The notes beneath the pieces are model-generated. The model did not search any database and had not been told where the DNA came from. It saw only the letters and a list, made by a program, of their open reading frames with translations. Shown piece after piece: positions 11,011 through 23,287 of a stretch of 64,000 bases of DNA; position 1 is the first letter of the stretch; every line of letters starts with the position of its first letter. This DNA comes from Dudresnaya verticillata (Eukaryota): positions 930,001-994,000 of the forward strand of contig OZ374557.1 in assembly GCA_977862235.1 (NCBI GenBank), written 5' to 3'. A program made the translations under genes and the position numbers.

Positions 11011-14000
11011 ACCGGTTTGTTTCGAACACTCCTTATTAGGATTGCCTGATCAACTCTCCTGACAAGTGTGCCTCTTACTACACCACACAATTCGACGCGG
11101 AGCAGATCCAAGAGGTCGTTGTCGTCTGTGTCGTCCCACGCCGATTCGTCTGCCAAGTCCGCAGGCTCATCAGCCACGACCTTCTTGACCGCATTTCCGG
11201 TGCGGCTACCCCGAACAGGTTTCAATGGGGCCATACGCGTCGGTTTGATGGTCACCGACCGCCTGATCACCAAGATGAGCGCCACAGGTTCGGTGCCCGC
11301 TGTTGCCGCGGGGTTCCTAGGCGAGCGCTTGCCTCCCTGGAAATCGACCGCTGGAGGGTCGAAGGTAGGGACGCCGTCTTCAACTTCCTCTTGTTCCCAT
11401 TGGTTCCTAACCAAGCAGGACAGAGCGTCCGGGATTTGGTGTAACCGCCCTGGGTGGTACTCGATCTGGACGTCTAATTCCGCGAAGCGCAGGCCCCACC
11501 ACTTCAGTTGACCCGAGTAGTTGGTCAAAGACATCAGACATCGAAACGCATCGTGATTGGATCGAACTATGAATCTTGTGTCCTATATGTAGGACCGCAG
11601 GGTCGTGATCAACCGCACCACTGCCAGGCACTCCCGTTCAATCGCGAAGTAGTACGCTCCGCCGATCTGACCGAGTAGGACTACTCCCGATTGAGTGCAA
11701 CTGGCCGTCCTCGTGCTCCTGCAGTAGGGCGAATCCGAGTTGATAAGCGGGTGCGTCCGTATCGAGGACATCATTTCCTCCCTCCTTGAGCAGCCTTAGG
11801 ATAGGGGGCGAGATGCGTTTCGCCCTGAGCGTCTCATATGCCTCGAGCGCGTCGGTGATTGGATTGTTGAAACCCACGTCCGCATATTTGCGGGCCATGT
11901 TTGTCAGAGGATGCGCAATCTTCGAAACGTTGGCAAAAAACCTGATAGAAATTGAACGCTCCGAGGAACGACCGCACCCTAGTCAGGGAGGTCGAGAACT
12001 GCACATCGTCCAAAGAGCCGCAGCTGAATTCGCCATACGGAACACCCCCGGCTCGATTATGTGGGCTAGATAGCCAACATGTGACTCAAAGAAGTAGAAC
12101 GTCTTCAGGTTCAGCGCTAATCCCCATTTCGTAACAGGGTCAGTACGTGGTCCAGATGGCCAACGTGGTCCGCGATCGACCCAAAGAAAATGATCATATC
12201 GTCTAGAAAGATCAGGAAACACTTACATCGGACTCCGCTGAGGACGGTGTCCAGTGCGTGCTGGGAAGTGGCGAGAGTTTCTTCAACCCGAAGGGCAATT
12301 TCAAGTAAAAAACGTCCCGACTATCGTATATAACCTGGTGTTATCCCTGTCAGCCCCTGTGACAGGAATTTTCCAGTACCCTGCATTGCATTGCAACGTC
12401 GAGAAGACGGATATGTCGGCTAGACTGTCGATGATGTCGTCCATCCTTGGGAGGGGGGCGAATAACTTAGAGTCTTCTCGTTGAGATGTCTATAATCCAC
12501 GCAAAACCGTGCCATCATTTTGTGTGCGAGGACTGCTGGCAACTCCCATTCCGAGGTGGTGGTATCGATAACGCCTGCACGAAGCATGTTATTCAGCTCG
12601 TCCTGCACCAGCTTGCGCATGGCAGGGCCCTGTCGACAGGGCATTGCGATTATGGGGCGGGTGACCGGCTCCACGTCGATATGGAGTCGGGTGGCGACAA
12701 TAGTGCCTAGCCTCCCGTCCCACATGGACTTGTGCTTCCTTAGCATGGACAGGAACTCCTTGCGAGTGACCTCTTCTTCGATAGACAAGAGGTCGACCTG
12801 TGCCTCCCAGTCCTCGATGGACGGTTTGGCCTTCGCTGCGGCAGTAGCTGCGCCTTGCAGCGGCTGGGCGTCGACGCCCTTCGTCATCGGCAGCAAAGTG
12901 GATGGCTCGGCTCCACCCTTATTAACCGGGAGCCTCTGCCTCCGTGGTGGTAAGGTGATGATATTCATCATCCGCCCGATCTCCTCCGTAACTTTGCGGT
13001 CTGGTATTATCAGCGCTACCGGGTCCCTAGCCGTATACATGATGACGGTACCCTTAGACAGGGCCCGAGCTTTGTCGATGAAGTCCCCGACGGTGCCCCG
13101 GAAGGATCGCATCGGCTCGAAATCATGCACGGCGTTGCTCAGTCTCACGCCGCATCGGAACTGTAATCCGGGCTTGGGTTCAGTGCGGATCAACCCACTC
13201 GCTCTAGACGTCACGGAGACGAGCCTTTGTGAATAGGCTGGGAGCACCATCTGCGAAGAAAGGCAAATGGTGTGGGTGTCATGATCTCAGTCGAGAAGCT
13301 CCCTCTGGTGCTTCTTGGACAAACATGTATCCGAGTTCTTTGGCTTCAATGCCGGTTTGCTTCCCTCATCAGGCTACTATGCTTAAGGCGGAGCACAAAG
13401 AACCCGTGGTGGAGCGATAGGCGTTTCGATTCGACATCTATGCCTTGCACGTGCGCGTTGAGGATCTTAATTCCCACCAGGACGTCAACCGCAAAAGTTT
13501 GGGCCACGATAAACGGCACGCGGAACGTCGTGTTCACCAACATCATCGAGAGCTGTGCCACCCACGGTAAGTTTAGTGAGGTCTTATCAGATCCTGCGGG
13601 GCGAGTAACCGACTCAATCGCCGCCGCATGCTGGTCACTGCGGCTATCCAAAAGGTGAGAAATCTTCGGTAGGGAAAGATGGTGCGTTCGACCGCACGAA
13701 CGGCGACCCCTTTAATCTTTTCCCAGTCGACCCGGTCAAACATATTTTCAGAATCCGAGCTATTTTCCGCGGTTCTCATTGACTGGATAGACATCGGGGC
13801 TGTCAATCGCTTCGGCCGCGGCGGGGCGTCAAAAAGGAGCCGGGACCGCTCGCTCTGCTCCCGGGCGGACTCGTCCTTGCTTTGTACGTCGAGCACTTAC
13901 CAGATCCACATTTCGGCTGCTAGCCCGGTCTACTCCTGCAAAGTCATCACTGCTCGGAATAGTCCGCGCTGCAGGTCAGGCCTCTAGGACGTCAACTCCC

Positions 14001-14290
14001 GAGGTTGATGACCGGCTCGGTCGACAAACCGGACTCGCTTTTCGCGAGTGAGGAACCGCGGGACATCTGCACTTCGGTACTCGCGGGTGGATATCGACGC
14101 TCTCTGTGGTATCCTTGCGGCTCCCCGGGATACATTTGCGCGTCCAAGCGCTGCAGAGCGTCTCCATAGTCGAAGCGTCGGTCCCAACTCCGCTGCGCGT
14201 CGACATATCTTGCCGAATTGCTTGCCTTGGCGCCTGCTGGTATGCGCTCGTCGATGGGCTACTGAACGTTGTTGCACGCGTGCGAATGTA
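11007..14290 (-). pseudogene. pol: Degenerate Ty3/Gypsy gag-end/protease/RT/RNase H remnant; no integrase visible
   Basis: RVPFIVAQTFAVDVLVG (protease), SMWDGRLG, RFCVDYRHLN, LDTDAPAYQLG, ERECLAVV, WGLRFAELDVQIEYHPG..PDALS. Confidence 0.85.
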
Positions 14291-14411
14291 TCTCCAGTAT
14301 ATGTTTTCAGTTCGCATACGGGCAGTGCAACTGCTGTTACTTAGTCAGGAGCGGCACGAGAAAATGACGTGTCCGAGTTCTCGGAAGAACCAGCAAATGT
14401 ACCACCCCTGT

Positions 14412-14927
14412 CAGTACCTACGGTCCGCGGAAATTTGTGCAGTCAAGTTAGAGGATTTAAGTTTGCAAGAATCAGAAGAAGGAGGGTCACGTGCAACGGC
14501 CCTCATTACGCCAAAGACGAAAAGAGGATTGAATTAGTCGGTAACGATTCGTCCCACCTTTCTTCAATTATTACTGGCTCGCCTCTTCAGAAGAAGGGCT
14601 GCGGTTTTGGACGAGCAAGTAGGTATATCAGGTAAGCTTCTTCCGTTCGGTGTTAGGGGATGGCGAGCCAACTTAATTCTAATTTTACAAGATATGGGTC
14701 TAGCAGGGCTACGCATAACCCCCAACTCGTTCCGGTCGGGTGGGGTGTCTCAAGATCAAAGGGATAACTCGCTGGATTACACGGGAAGCAAGGCGAGATG
14801 GCACTGGAATAACGACAAGTCGTTGCGCGCCTACCTCCAAGCGGGAAGACTGGTCGCGCAACTTAACATGGTAAAGCCCCCGACAAGAAGAAGATTCGAA
14901 CGGCTGGTCATGGCCCCAGGGCCATAA
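14412..14927 (+). pseudogene. Tyrosine recombinase catalytic-domain remnant (DIRS/Crypton-like)
   Basis: Box I YLRSAEICAVKLEDL, then PKTKRG (catalytic Lys), Box II-like TPNSFRSGG (HxxR, with H replaced by N), ARWHW..SLRAYLQ (catalytic Tyr). Interrupted by stops. Confidence 0.75.
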
Positions 14928-16451
14928 TTTGGTGTTAACCAGCCAGAGCACTAACGTGAGGGTTGGGTTTGCGGGAAACGTCGACTGCGGGAAGGGGGTC
15001 GTGCCAAAAGTCCCTCCCCCGAGTTGGTCAACCAAGCGACTGTTGAGCTAATTATATATGGTAGAAGTATTAAAAGAGAAGTTTGCCAAGGATGGGTATT
15101 TGCGGTGAACAGGCGAAGCGGAGTGAATGCGGGTGAAACAAATTCATTTACGGTCTACCTGTTCCAGTGCACTCCACGCGGAGGCGCTCAGGACGTTACT
15201 GTTAAAGACAACTGTATTGCATCCCCCACCCGAGACATCCCCAGCCTCGGGTATGGGCTTTTTCGCAATACGTACAATCAACAACGATAGTTTGCACACA
15301 AACGACTGTGTTGGCAGCACTACAGAGGGTTTAGGGGTTGTATTTCAAACCGTGTCCAAACTGCCATGGCCCTGCTCCCCACACGCGCGCCCGACGGTTC
15401 AGAACGTTCTGCCTGGTCAATACCCGCTGCGTGTACAATCGAAGGTGCTTGGTGTGCAGAATGTGCTGGTGAATGGGGCGTGCTTGTGAACTTGGTCTCA
15501 TTTGCTACCCTTTTTGAAAGTGCGTCGTGAGCTGCAATTGTCCTTTACCCTCTTCGTCCAGAACCCACTCACGCCTCTGATTCAGGACATACTGCCGTCC
15601 ACTTGGAACTGCTACTCTGGCCAACTTGGGAGGCTTGAAGCCGGATACCTCCGAGAAGAGTCAATTGTTATTCGGATTGTATTGCGCAGACGGTAGCTGG
15701 ATTGGCCTGAAAACACCAGCGGCCAATGACTTCAAATGGATACATTAAAAACAATTGCATTCAGACACTATTCAGTTTGCGTTTGACATGGAACAAAGCA
15801 TTACGGCGATCCTGCACACTTCCCTGTCTGCAACGCGAGCAGGTGCAGTCACTCAGTTCAACAGGTATCTGTAACATCGAGCTCTGCACGACAAACCCGA
15901 CATTTTCGTGTGAGTTCTTTTCCACTACCCGGGCTGCCACAGCAGAATGCCTGTGGGTATTCATCTCGTGACATCCAGCATATACTCGGTGGGATGACTT
16001 CAACAATTATTGTAGAGATACATGCCGTGAAGACTGCACTGAGGAATGCACCGACGCCCAAGGCGCGGAAATAAAGACTTGGACCCAGACAGGTCATTCT
16101 GATGGTAATAACGAGAATTGTATTTGCCCGGGGCATACTCCCCTTCTGTGAAACTGTACAGGTCTTGCACATGTATTGAATAAAGCGTCGAGAGCAACGC
16201 ATGTATTGTTATTTGCCATGAACACGTGTCGAAGCACAAATCAATTTGGTTCTCTGGCCTTCCGCAAGGTGGGGCTTAAAGGTTGCCCGTCTGAACACTC
16301 AACGTGGCAGGGATGACGACTCCAATCCAAGACAAGTACAAATAGGACACGGTATGCAGCCTAGCGGAACATTAGCGGCCCCAGCTCGGGCTGCCGACAT
16401 CATCTGCTGAGATACTACCCCCGTGCCATTCCGAGTGTATATCCTCGGAAC

Positions 16452-17099
16452 ATGTCGGACTTTATATATGTCGAGCCCGCAACAGATAACAGACATGAAC
16501 TGCTTGGAATGTGCCACGACCAGTCCTGTTTTGATTTTAACGCCCTGCGCAGACCTGATGAAAGTGACGAAGACATGGTTCTTTGCGTCGGCGAGGCGAC
16601 ATTGCTTGCACTTATTGAGTACATCATCTCCGAAGGGAAGCCGTTCGCCGGCTTGGAGGCACTGGGAATCAAACTATTTGATCGGTCCGTATTTCCTACG
16701 TTCATGAATCGCGTTTACGGCAAAGAAAATTTAAAGAATCACGGACGAGCTGAACGACTTGGGGGTTTCAAGGCCTTCCTACTCGAGATTCAGGAGAGGG
16801 AGGAAAAGAAGCTGATGTCAAACCCCGGAACAGCCATTGTGTTGGGAGTACTCTCGCGGGGAGGTGGAAAATTCAAAACCCGCCAAGAGCGTAACGCGTA
16901 TTGCGTCGCCCTTCAGGAGTACAATCGTCGACGCCTTTTCGTTTCTAACCTTACCGCAAATGAAAGGTACGACCATAAGCACGCCTATTCCAGACTGATG
17001 CGCCTCTCCAAGTATTGTCCCTTGTTTCGGAATCAGACTGATTGGTCGACTTCGTCCTTGGTCCATATTAAGCAGACTTGCGTGAGGACGCCTTCTTGA
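16452..17099 (+). CDS. Orphan ORF, 215 aa, unknown function
   Basis: ATG-initiated and uninterrupted, with protein-like composition. No motif recognised. Confidence 0.4.
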   Translation: MSDFIYVEPATDNRHELLGMCHDQSCFDFNALRRPDESDEDMVLCVGEATLLALIEYIISEGKPFAGLEALGIKLFDRSVFPTFMNRVYGKENLKNHGRAERLGGFKAFLLEIQEREEKKLMSNPGTAIVLGVLSRGGGKFKTRQERNAYCVALQEYNRRRLFVSNLTANERYDHKHAYSRLMRLSKYCPLFRNQTDWSTSSLVHIKQTCVRTPS

Positions 17100-17830
17100 A
17101 CATTACGCGAATATCATGCTCTGCACGGGCAACCCTTACCTCCTTCACCTCCACAGTCCCTTCTGCGTTAGTTTTGGCAAAATGACATGTCAGGAGAAGC
17201 CGGCACATTCGCTCCAGCTCCCGTACTGGCTCACTTGCGAGATGAATCGCTTCGACCAACACGGCATCGATTTCATGAGCTTCAGATCCACAGAAAGCAT
17301 CCCCAGACACATAATCAAGCTTCTTCATACCCGCACGGTATACCACTGTGAGCATTTTCTGGTCATGATCGTATTGGCCCATAACGGCCTTAAAACGCCC
17401 GAGCTCGGTTCTGTTCCAACACTCTTTCTTCATCTTTCAGCTCCAAGGATCGCATTATACGTTCCGAAAATTGCAAAGAGTCGCCGTCAAGGCGACGCTG
17501 CTGCTGTCTCAATCGAATACGCAAGTCACAGCGCATAAGGTCATGAAATGCACTGAAACCGGATTGTATGTCGTCCGGTAAGGATAGGAGGTCAATGAGC
17601 ATGTCCAGAATATTACGAATACACCTTGGGAACAAAATTTCTTCTCTGTATGTGGTACCGAGACTCTGTTTCTCAGAACCGTCGAGATGGTTTGTGAATT
17701 CAAGTACCCGATTGCGCGCTTTTACAAGGAAAGTAAGATTCGAAGATCGATTCCGGACAGACGTTTCACCTCGATTGACTAACTTCTCCTGCTTGAGTAT
17801 TAAATTCCAGAATGTTTCGCAACTGCAAAC
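17068..17830 (-). pseudogene. Frameshifted orphan ORF, convergent with and overlapping the previous ORF
   Basis: Overlapping ORF pieces 17390-17635 (open upstream to ~17830) and 17068-17433 read as helical protein sequence. Confidence 0.3.
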
Positions 17831-19241
17831 TGAACAATGACCTGAGACTTACAAGAGGTTGCAAGCTAGCGACAGCTGTCTGCGGCACCCAACGCTACGC
17901 CGACCATGAACTATTCGGTGCATTGCGATATCTATCCCGCCGATACCAGTCCAGGAATTGTCCTAGAGTTGTAGCTACTGGTTTCTGCTGTGTATGAGGC
18001 TTAGACATTCCCTGTATCTTCGATTGGACACGTCCGCATTCCCACAATCAGAATGACTGTACAGTACCGAGGTACCTATTCAGGCAATAGTATGAGGACG
18101 CTTCACAAATGTGCCCTCTACTTGGTGGTCACTCCTGCATCACCGCGGATGCACCCCCAGATATTTGGTGGATTCGTGGATCGGAATACCTGGACCTCTG
18201 GAGGATACGGCTTGTGCGCATTCCTGGAACGAGGACAGGTTTGTCTCAGGAATCTTCTGGACTGCATTTAGAGAAATCGCATCAATACACCGGATTAGGC
18301 TCTTATATGGTCTCAAGTGCGTTATTTACAGAAATCGCATCGACAGAGCGGTGCAGACTCTTTCTTGGCCTGACGTGCGGCAATACTCAATTACATGGCA
18401 TTTGTATACGTTCTGGAAATGGGCAATACGCATACTTAAGTTTGTTGTGCCATCTGATGGTCGATGGTGATCACTAGTCTGTTTCGGTGGTTCAGGAGTT
18501 TAACAGAAACCATCTCTGCAGCCCGTGCCAAGAACGGAACGTATCTCTATCGTTTCTCACGGACACGCTCATATTGATACAATATTGATACAAGCAGAAC
18601 GAATGTACGTTGCTTGTGAATCGTCCACATCACTGGCAGGCAAAGAGTGTTTACACTTCCAATGCTGGCTCCACATGGTAGATGCATTCCGTATAGGAAT
18701 GCCCAATGTTTCTCCGCCCTGAGCTTCTAGGTCAAACGTGAATCAGAATCACTGGACTGTTGGACAGTTAGAAATGTCATCCAATTGTTTGTGAGGAAGC
18801 AGAATGTTAAGTTGTTACGTGGAGGCAAAAGCTGCATGATTGTTTTTCTCCACCTACGAATTCAGGCGGACGGTCATTAGGAACGGAGGTAAAATCAGAA
18901 TGTCTGCATGGGAGGTCTGCCCTTTCGGATAGTTGCCCCATTCTGAACCCAACACTTTGCGCACTGGTTTGTGGTATTCCCGGGTTGAAAAATGTAATGT
19001 GCACGAGGCGGTCAAACAATTGTGATACTGGAAACGCAACAAGTGAACAGGCATGTACAGTGTGGTACCAATACACCACCCACTGTCCGAAATGGATGCC
19101 ATCTGAGCCTCGACGGTAACGAAGTGAACAGAACGTTCTCCGCATGTACTAGCATGTGCTCGTGACTTGCAAGTGGCTATCAAGACGTTCAACATTCCGC
19201 GATAAGGTCTGCCAAAATTCAGAAACACACACAACATAACT

Positions 19242-21983
19242 GTGAAAGACCTTCGAAAGTCGACGCCGCGTTCGACGGGGAGATTGCCCGAGATATCTAG
19301 GAAGAGAACAGGAAAACGGGCTGACAGCTCCGCTGCAGAAGAAGAAATAGCTTCCTCCATTAGTAGCGGGAAGGCTTTGTTCGCTGACGTCATGGATGGA
19401 TCCGTCAACATTCGAATCGATCCTAGAGCATGTATTCCATTGACACAGATAAGGCCTGTGGTGCGATCTGGTGTGGAACGACGCAAAGCTCGTTTTCACC
19501 TACGTTCTTCTCACGTCAGGAGGGATTTGTTGGCTACGTCGCTGGGTCCGACTCCCCAATCGTTATGGAGTTAAACGGAGCACTGAGGGGTTTGGTTGTA
19601 GCACATTTCAAAAGGTCCAGAACAGAAGGAGGAAAGTTGTGTTCTGACGAGGATGCGTTGGGAAAGGCAAATACTCGTGCCAAGTGGTTCGGAATTGTCG
19701 ATGGAGTACATCGACATTGCGTCATATCGGAATTAATGGTGGAATTTCCCACAGTATGGCAATCGTTTGCTTGGACTGTCACCCTACTGAAGGGCGGTCA
19801 CAGCGTTTGTGAACTACGACAGCTTTCCCGTCATCAGAATGAGAAACATGCACATCGTTATTTCATCTAAACTACGTTTTACGATCTTATGCAGTGGCTT
19901 GCGACAAGAGGCTGACCGGTTGCAGTCCAAGACAGGGAAGCACCTCAGCGCCCCCAAACCCCCTAAACCCCTAAACAGATAGCCACATTGCACAGACTCC
20001 GTGAAGTGCACCGACTTCAGAACTTCCGGTCTGTGACAAGCTATCAGACCCTGGAGCAGTTTCAGAAAGCGAAGGAAGCAATGAAGGAAGCGCGTAAATT
20101 CGAACGATTGTTGGAGACCCAAACTTGGCCGGAAGGAATGCACGTCATTAGGCAAAACCTTTTAAACTACACGAAGTTCGACCATGAGGTACGCGCGAAC
20201 TTCGGCAACGATCAGGATGTTTTCAAACCTTTGCTGGATGCGTATCGAAGAGAATGCATTCAGGAAGCTCCACGGAAAGAAGAGAAATATGGATACCAGT
20301 TCCGCACAGAGGTCGCGTCCCAGGGGGAATCCACACCCGCAACTGGCCAGAACGAGAACCATCCGGTTTCAATTTCTAATATTGGCCGCGATAGCGTGGT
20401 TGATTGCCGCAATGCCGAGGAAAAGGATGGAATGGACAGGATGGCACCTGAAGAAGAGCAGGAAAGTCTCGAAATAACTACCGGTGTCGTGAACCAGACA
20501 CTGGATATGACCACGCCTGTCAAGGGGCATGGCAATGAAGATAGCGAGAATGGTGAGACCAGTACAGCAGAACAGGTTGATCAGCGTGGAGAGAATGTTT
20601 CCAGGCCCTCTATTTGCTCAGCAGCGTCTACTCTACAACCGGAGAGATTGAATACATCGTCCCTTGAGGGAGACCGTGACGGTATCTCCAAGTGCGGAAT
20701 AACCACCCATCAGATGCGGTGGCAGGAGTACGACCAGTCAATCCGAAACGAGCCCAGTCCTTTATTTGACCTTGTCCTTGCAGACCCACCGTACGGGAGG
20801 GTATGCCAGACGCTAGTACTGCATACGATAACAGCTTTACTGAAGAGGACATCAAACTGTTGTGTGAGTTCTGCGGACGAGTAGTGAAGGAGGGCGGGTG
20901 GGTCTTCTTCTTTTGCAGTTTTATGAACTTCCCCACATTTAGAAGAGCTATTACGGATAAGAGCTTCGATTGCCCACAGTAACCGTTCATCATATGCCAG
21001 CACACCGCTACTATTCAGATCAGTCGCAGGAGATGGCTGCAAAATGGTGCTGAGATTGCAGTATTTGGCAGGCGAAAAGGATTATCGAAGGGATCATTCT
21101 CCTCCGACTTGTCAAGTCCGTACCATTACGTTCCATGTCGCGAGAGAAGGACGTTCGCTGTGATGACGTCTGTTCCCGCTGCGAGGGATAAAAAAGTTTG
21201 AAGCCTGGAACGACTAGAGCTCCGCTTCTTACAGAAGAAAAGAACCCTGACATGCTCACAGAAGTCCTTACCACGTTCTGCCCTGACGGTGGTTCTGTTC
21301 TGAACACACACTCCGGAACGATGACTACAGGAATTGTGTATCTCAGGATGGATAGAAAGTGCACTCTTGTTGAGAGCAAAGCTGAGACGTTTAGACTGGG
21401 CAAGGAGAGACTACAACGCCTCGCTAACGAGAAACGGAGTTGCAAATCTGGTGATTTACTTCGACATAAGCGTCCAACTGATCTTTCCGAGAGGCAGGAA
21501 AAACAGAAGAAGGTGCGGGCAGCTGAGTGCGGAGTACCATCGCACACTGCAGATGTCACAGAAGTGGGGAAATATGGCAAACACGGGTGTAGTACTGCAT
21601 GTCTCGTGCAAACCGCAGCAGCAGTGAAAGTCAATTTCTTGTCTCAGGACTCTTCCGTCAAGTGTAGTCAGGCCACACTGAAAGCGGGCGACAGAGTTGG
21701 GCTCAAATACGGAAAGCAGAGAGTTGGGGAGGCGAAAACTCAACGGAGTGAAGACGGAACTGGGGTTAAGGACACAATACATGGTCATTATTTGCAGCAG
21801 TTCAGCGAACCTGGGCAACATCTCCTAGCGGTGTTATCATTCCATGTCTTCGGGATGTTTACTGATAAGCCATAAAAATACACCTTCAAGGGCCCGGAGG
21901 AAAACCCGGCCCTGCTCAGGGATTTAAATACATCCTTTGCGTGGGGTCTCAATGAGATGGAACCTTTCCAACCCGAGTCGTAG
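19242..21983 (+). pseudogene. ParB/Srx-like domain fused to a beta-class N6-adenine/N4-cytosine DNA methyltransferase (N6_N4_Mtase-like), disrupted
   Basis: ParB-like: IRIDPRACIPLTQIRPV..VER, SPIV, WFGIVDGVHRH (19700-19714), LSRHQNEKH. MTase: FDLVLADPPYG (DPPY at 20783-20794), RVVKEGGWVFFFCS, EEKNPDMLTEVLTTFCPDGGSVLNTHSGTMTTG..DRKCTLVE..ERL, with motif IV before motifs X/I (beta order). Several stops and frameshifts. Confidence 0.8.
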
Positions 21984-22079
21984 TCGTCTGGAAACGCCAG
22001 CACATTTGCAGTGCAATAAACGAACATTTTTCGCCGGTGAAGAGTGCGCTTCGTTCAGTAGGTAGCAGATCTCATTTCC

Positions 22080-22484
22080 ATGCCCATGGCATCACCGCGA
22101 AACAATGAACATAAGGCCGGCATGGCGACAGAAGTGGATACAGAAGCACTTTTGTCCGAGGTACAGGCTCTTCGAGTGGAGGTAGACGCGCTAAGAACTC
22201 GAGTGGAAAGTGCTCGGCAGAGAATGAGTGAGGTAACCACTAACGTCATGGACCGCTTGTCGATGGTTGTGGTTCAGGCAGTGCAAATCGCGAGGGTTGC
22301 GAGAAGAAGACTGCAAACTATCGAACGGCGTCTTGGGATACAAGTCCTGGGCGGAGACGACCCAGAGTTGGATTCAGGTATTGAGAACGAGCTTCAACAC
22401 AACTTCTTAAGAGTTATAACCACACCCGAACTGCCACTGCCCCTTAACCCTACGGTTCGTGACGCACAGCTCGAGGTCATATGA
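22080..22484 (+). CDS. Orphan coiled-coil ORF, 134 aa
   Basis: ATG start; heptad pattern LLSEVQALRVEVDALRTRVESARQRM; intact. Confidence 0.45.
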   Translation: MPMASPRNNEHKAGMATEVDTEALLSEVQALRVEVDALRTRVESARQRMSEVTTNVMDRLSMVVVQAVQIARVARRRLQTIERRLGIQVLGGDDPELDSGIENELQHNFLRVITTPELPLPLNPTVRDAQLEVI

Positions 22485-23106
22485 CTACGCGCACAAGTCG
22501 CCCATCTGCGGCCCGTAGTCCATGACCTGGAGGTCGAAGTGCAAAGGGCATCCAATTTCGTTCGCTACCTCATTCACGGATTCGAAAGAAGGACAATAAG
22601 GGCGCTCCGCAATGCTCGCCGAAATGTACACGACTTGCATCGTTCTGTACGCGCACTTAGGGAGGAAGGACAACGCAATGTAGAATACCAGCTTTCGGAA
22701 TAGGCTTTGCGCAATTCTTGTAAACGATATGCATTGATCAACGACATGTTTTACGATGACCTGAACAGTCGAGACGCTTCGCAACGTGCCTTCTTTCTCT
22801 TCCAGTTCCCATCCCCTCCTGATACAGCAAAGTCGGGTTGAACTTCTCAATTCGCGCTGCAGCGCAACATGTTTCAACATCCATTTCATTACACACTGCA
22901 ATCAGCGGAGTTTCCACTACTGCCTTCCTCTCGTCAGCATCTGCCTCGCTGCTTAGTCATACAACCCGCGTAAATGTGGTAAGAGAGTTGGAGGCTGCGG
23001 TGTGGTCCTTTACCCGAAGATGGGACATCTTTGAATAACATTTTTGTATTGTACGAGAGGCCAACAGCGTTAGGGTACGGCCACGCCCTGCTGTTGAACG
23101 AGAAGC

Positions 23107-23287
23107 GCGTAGTCAATGAACACGGCTTGAAGTTCGACTGCGTGCACGAGCGGCCTTCGGCGTTGAGGTGCGCCGACTGCGTGCATGAGCGGCGCGCGGC
23201 GACGGGGTGCCGCCATGCACAGGCGTATAGCGAGGAGTGCGTAGTCAATGAACACGGCTTGTAATCCGACTGCGCGCACGATCGGCC
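23107..23287 (+). repeat. Imperfect 49-bp direct repeat, 132-bp period
   Basis: gcgtagtcaatgaacacggcttg..cgactgcg-gcacga-cggcc at 23107-23155 and 23239-23287. Confidence 0.8.

Noticed and set aside
12520..13236. 238-aa + strand ORF and similar long opposite-strand ORFs over gag, pol and the CCT gene
   Set aside because: Shadow frames of GC-rich coding sequence, with no motifs.
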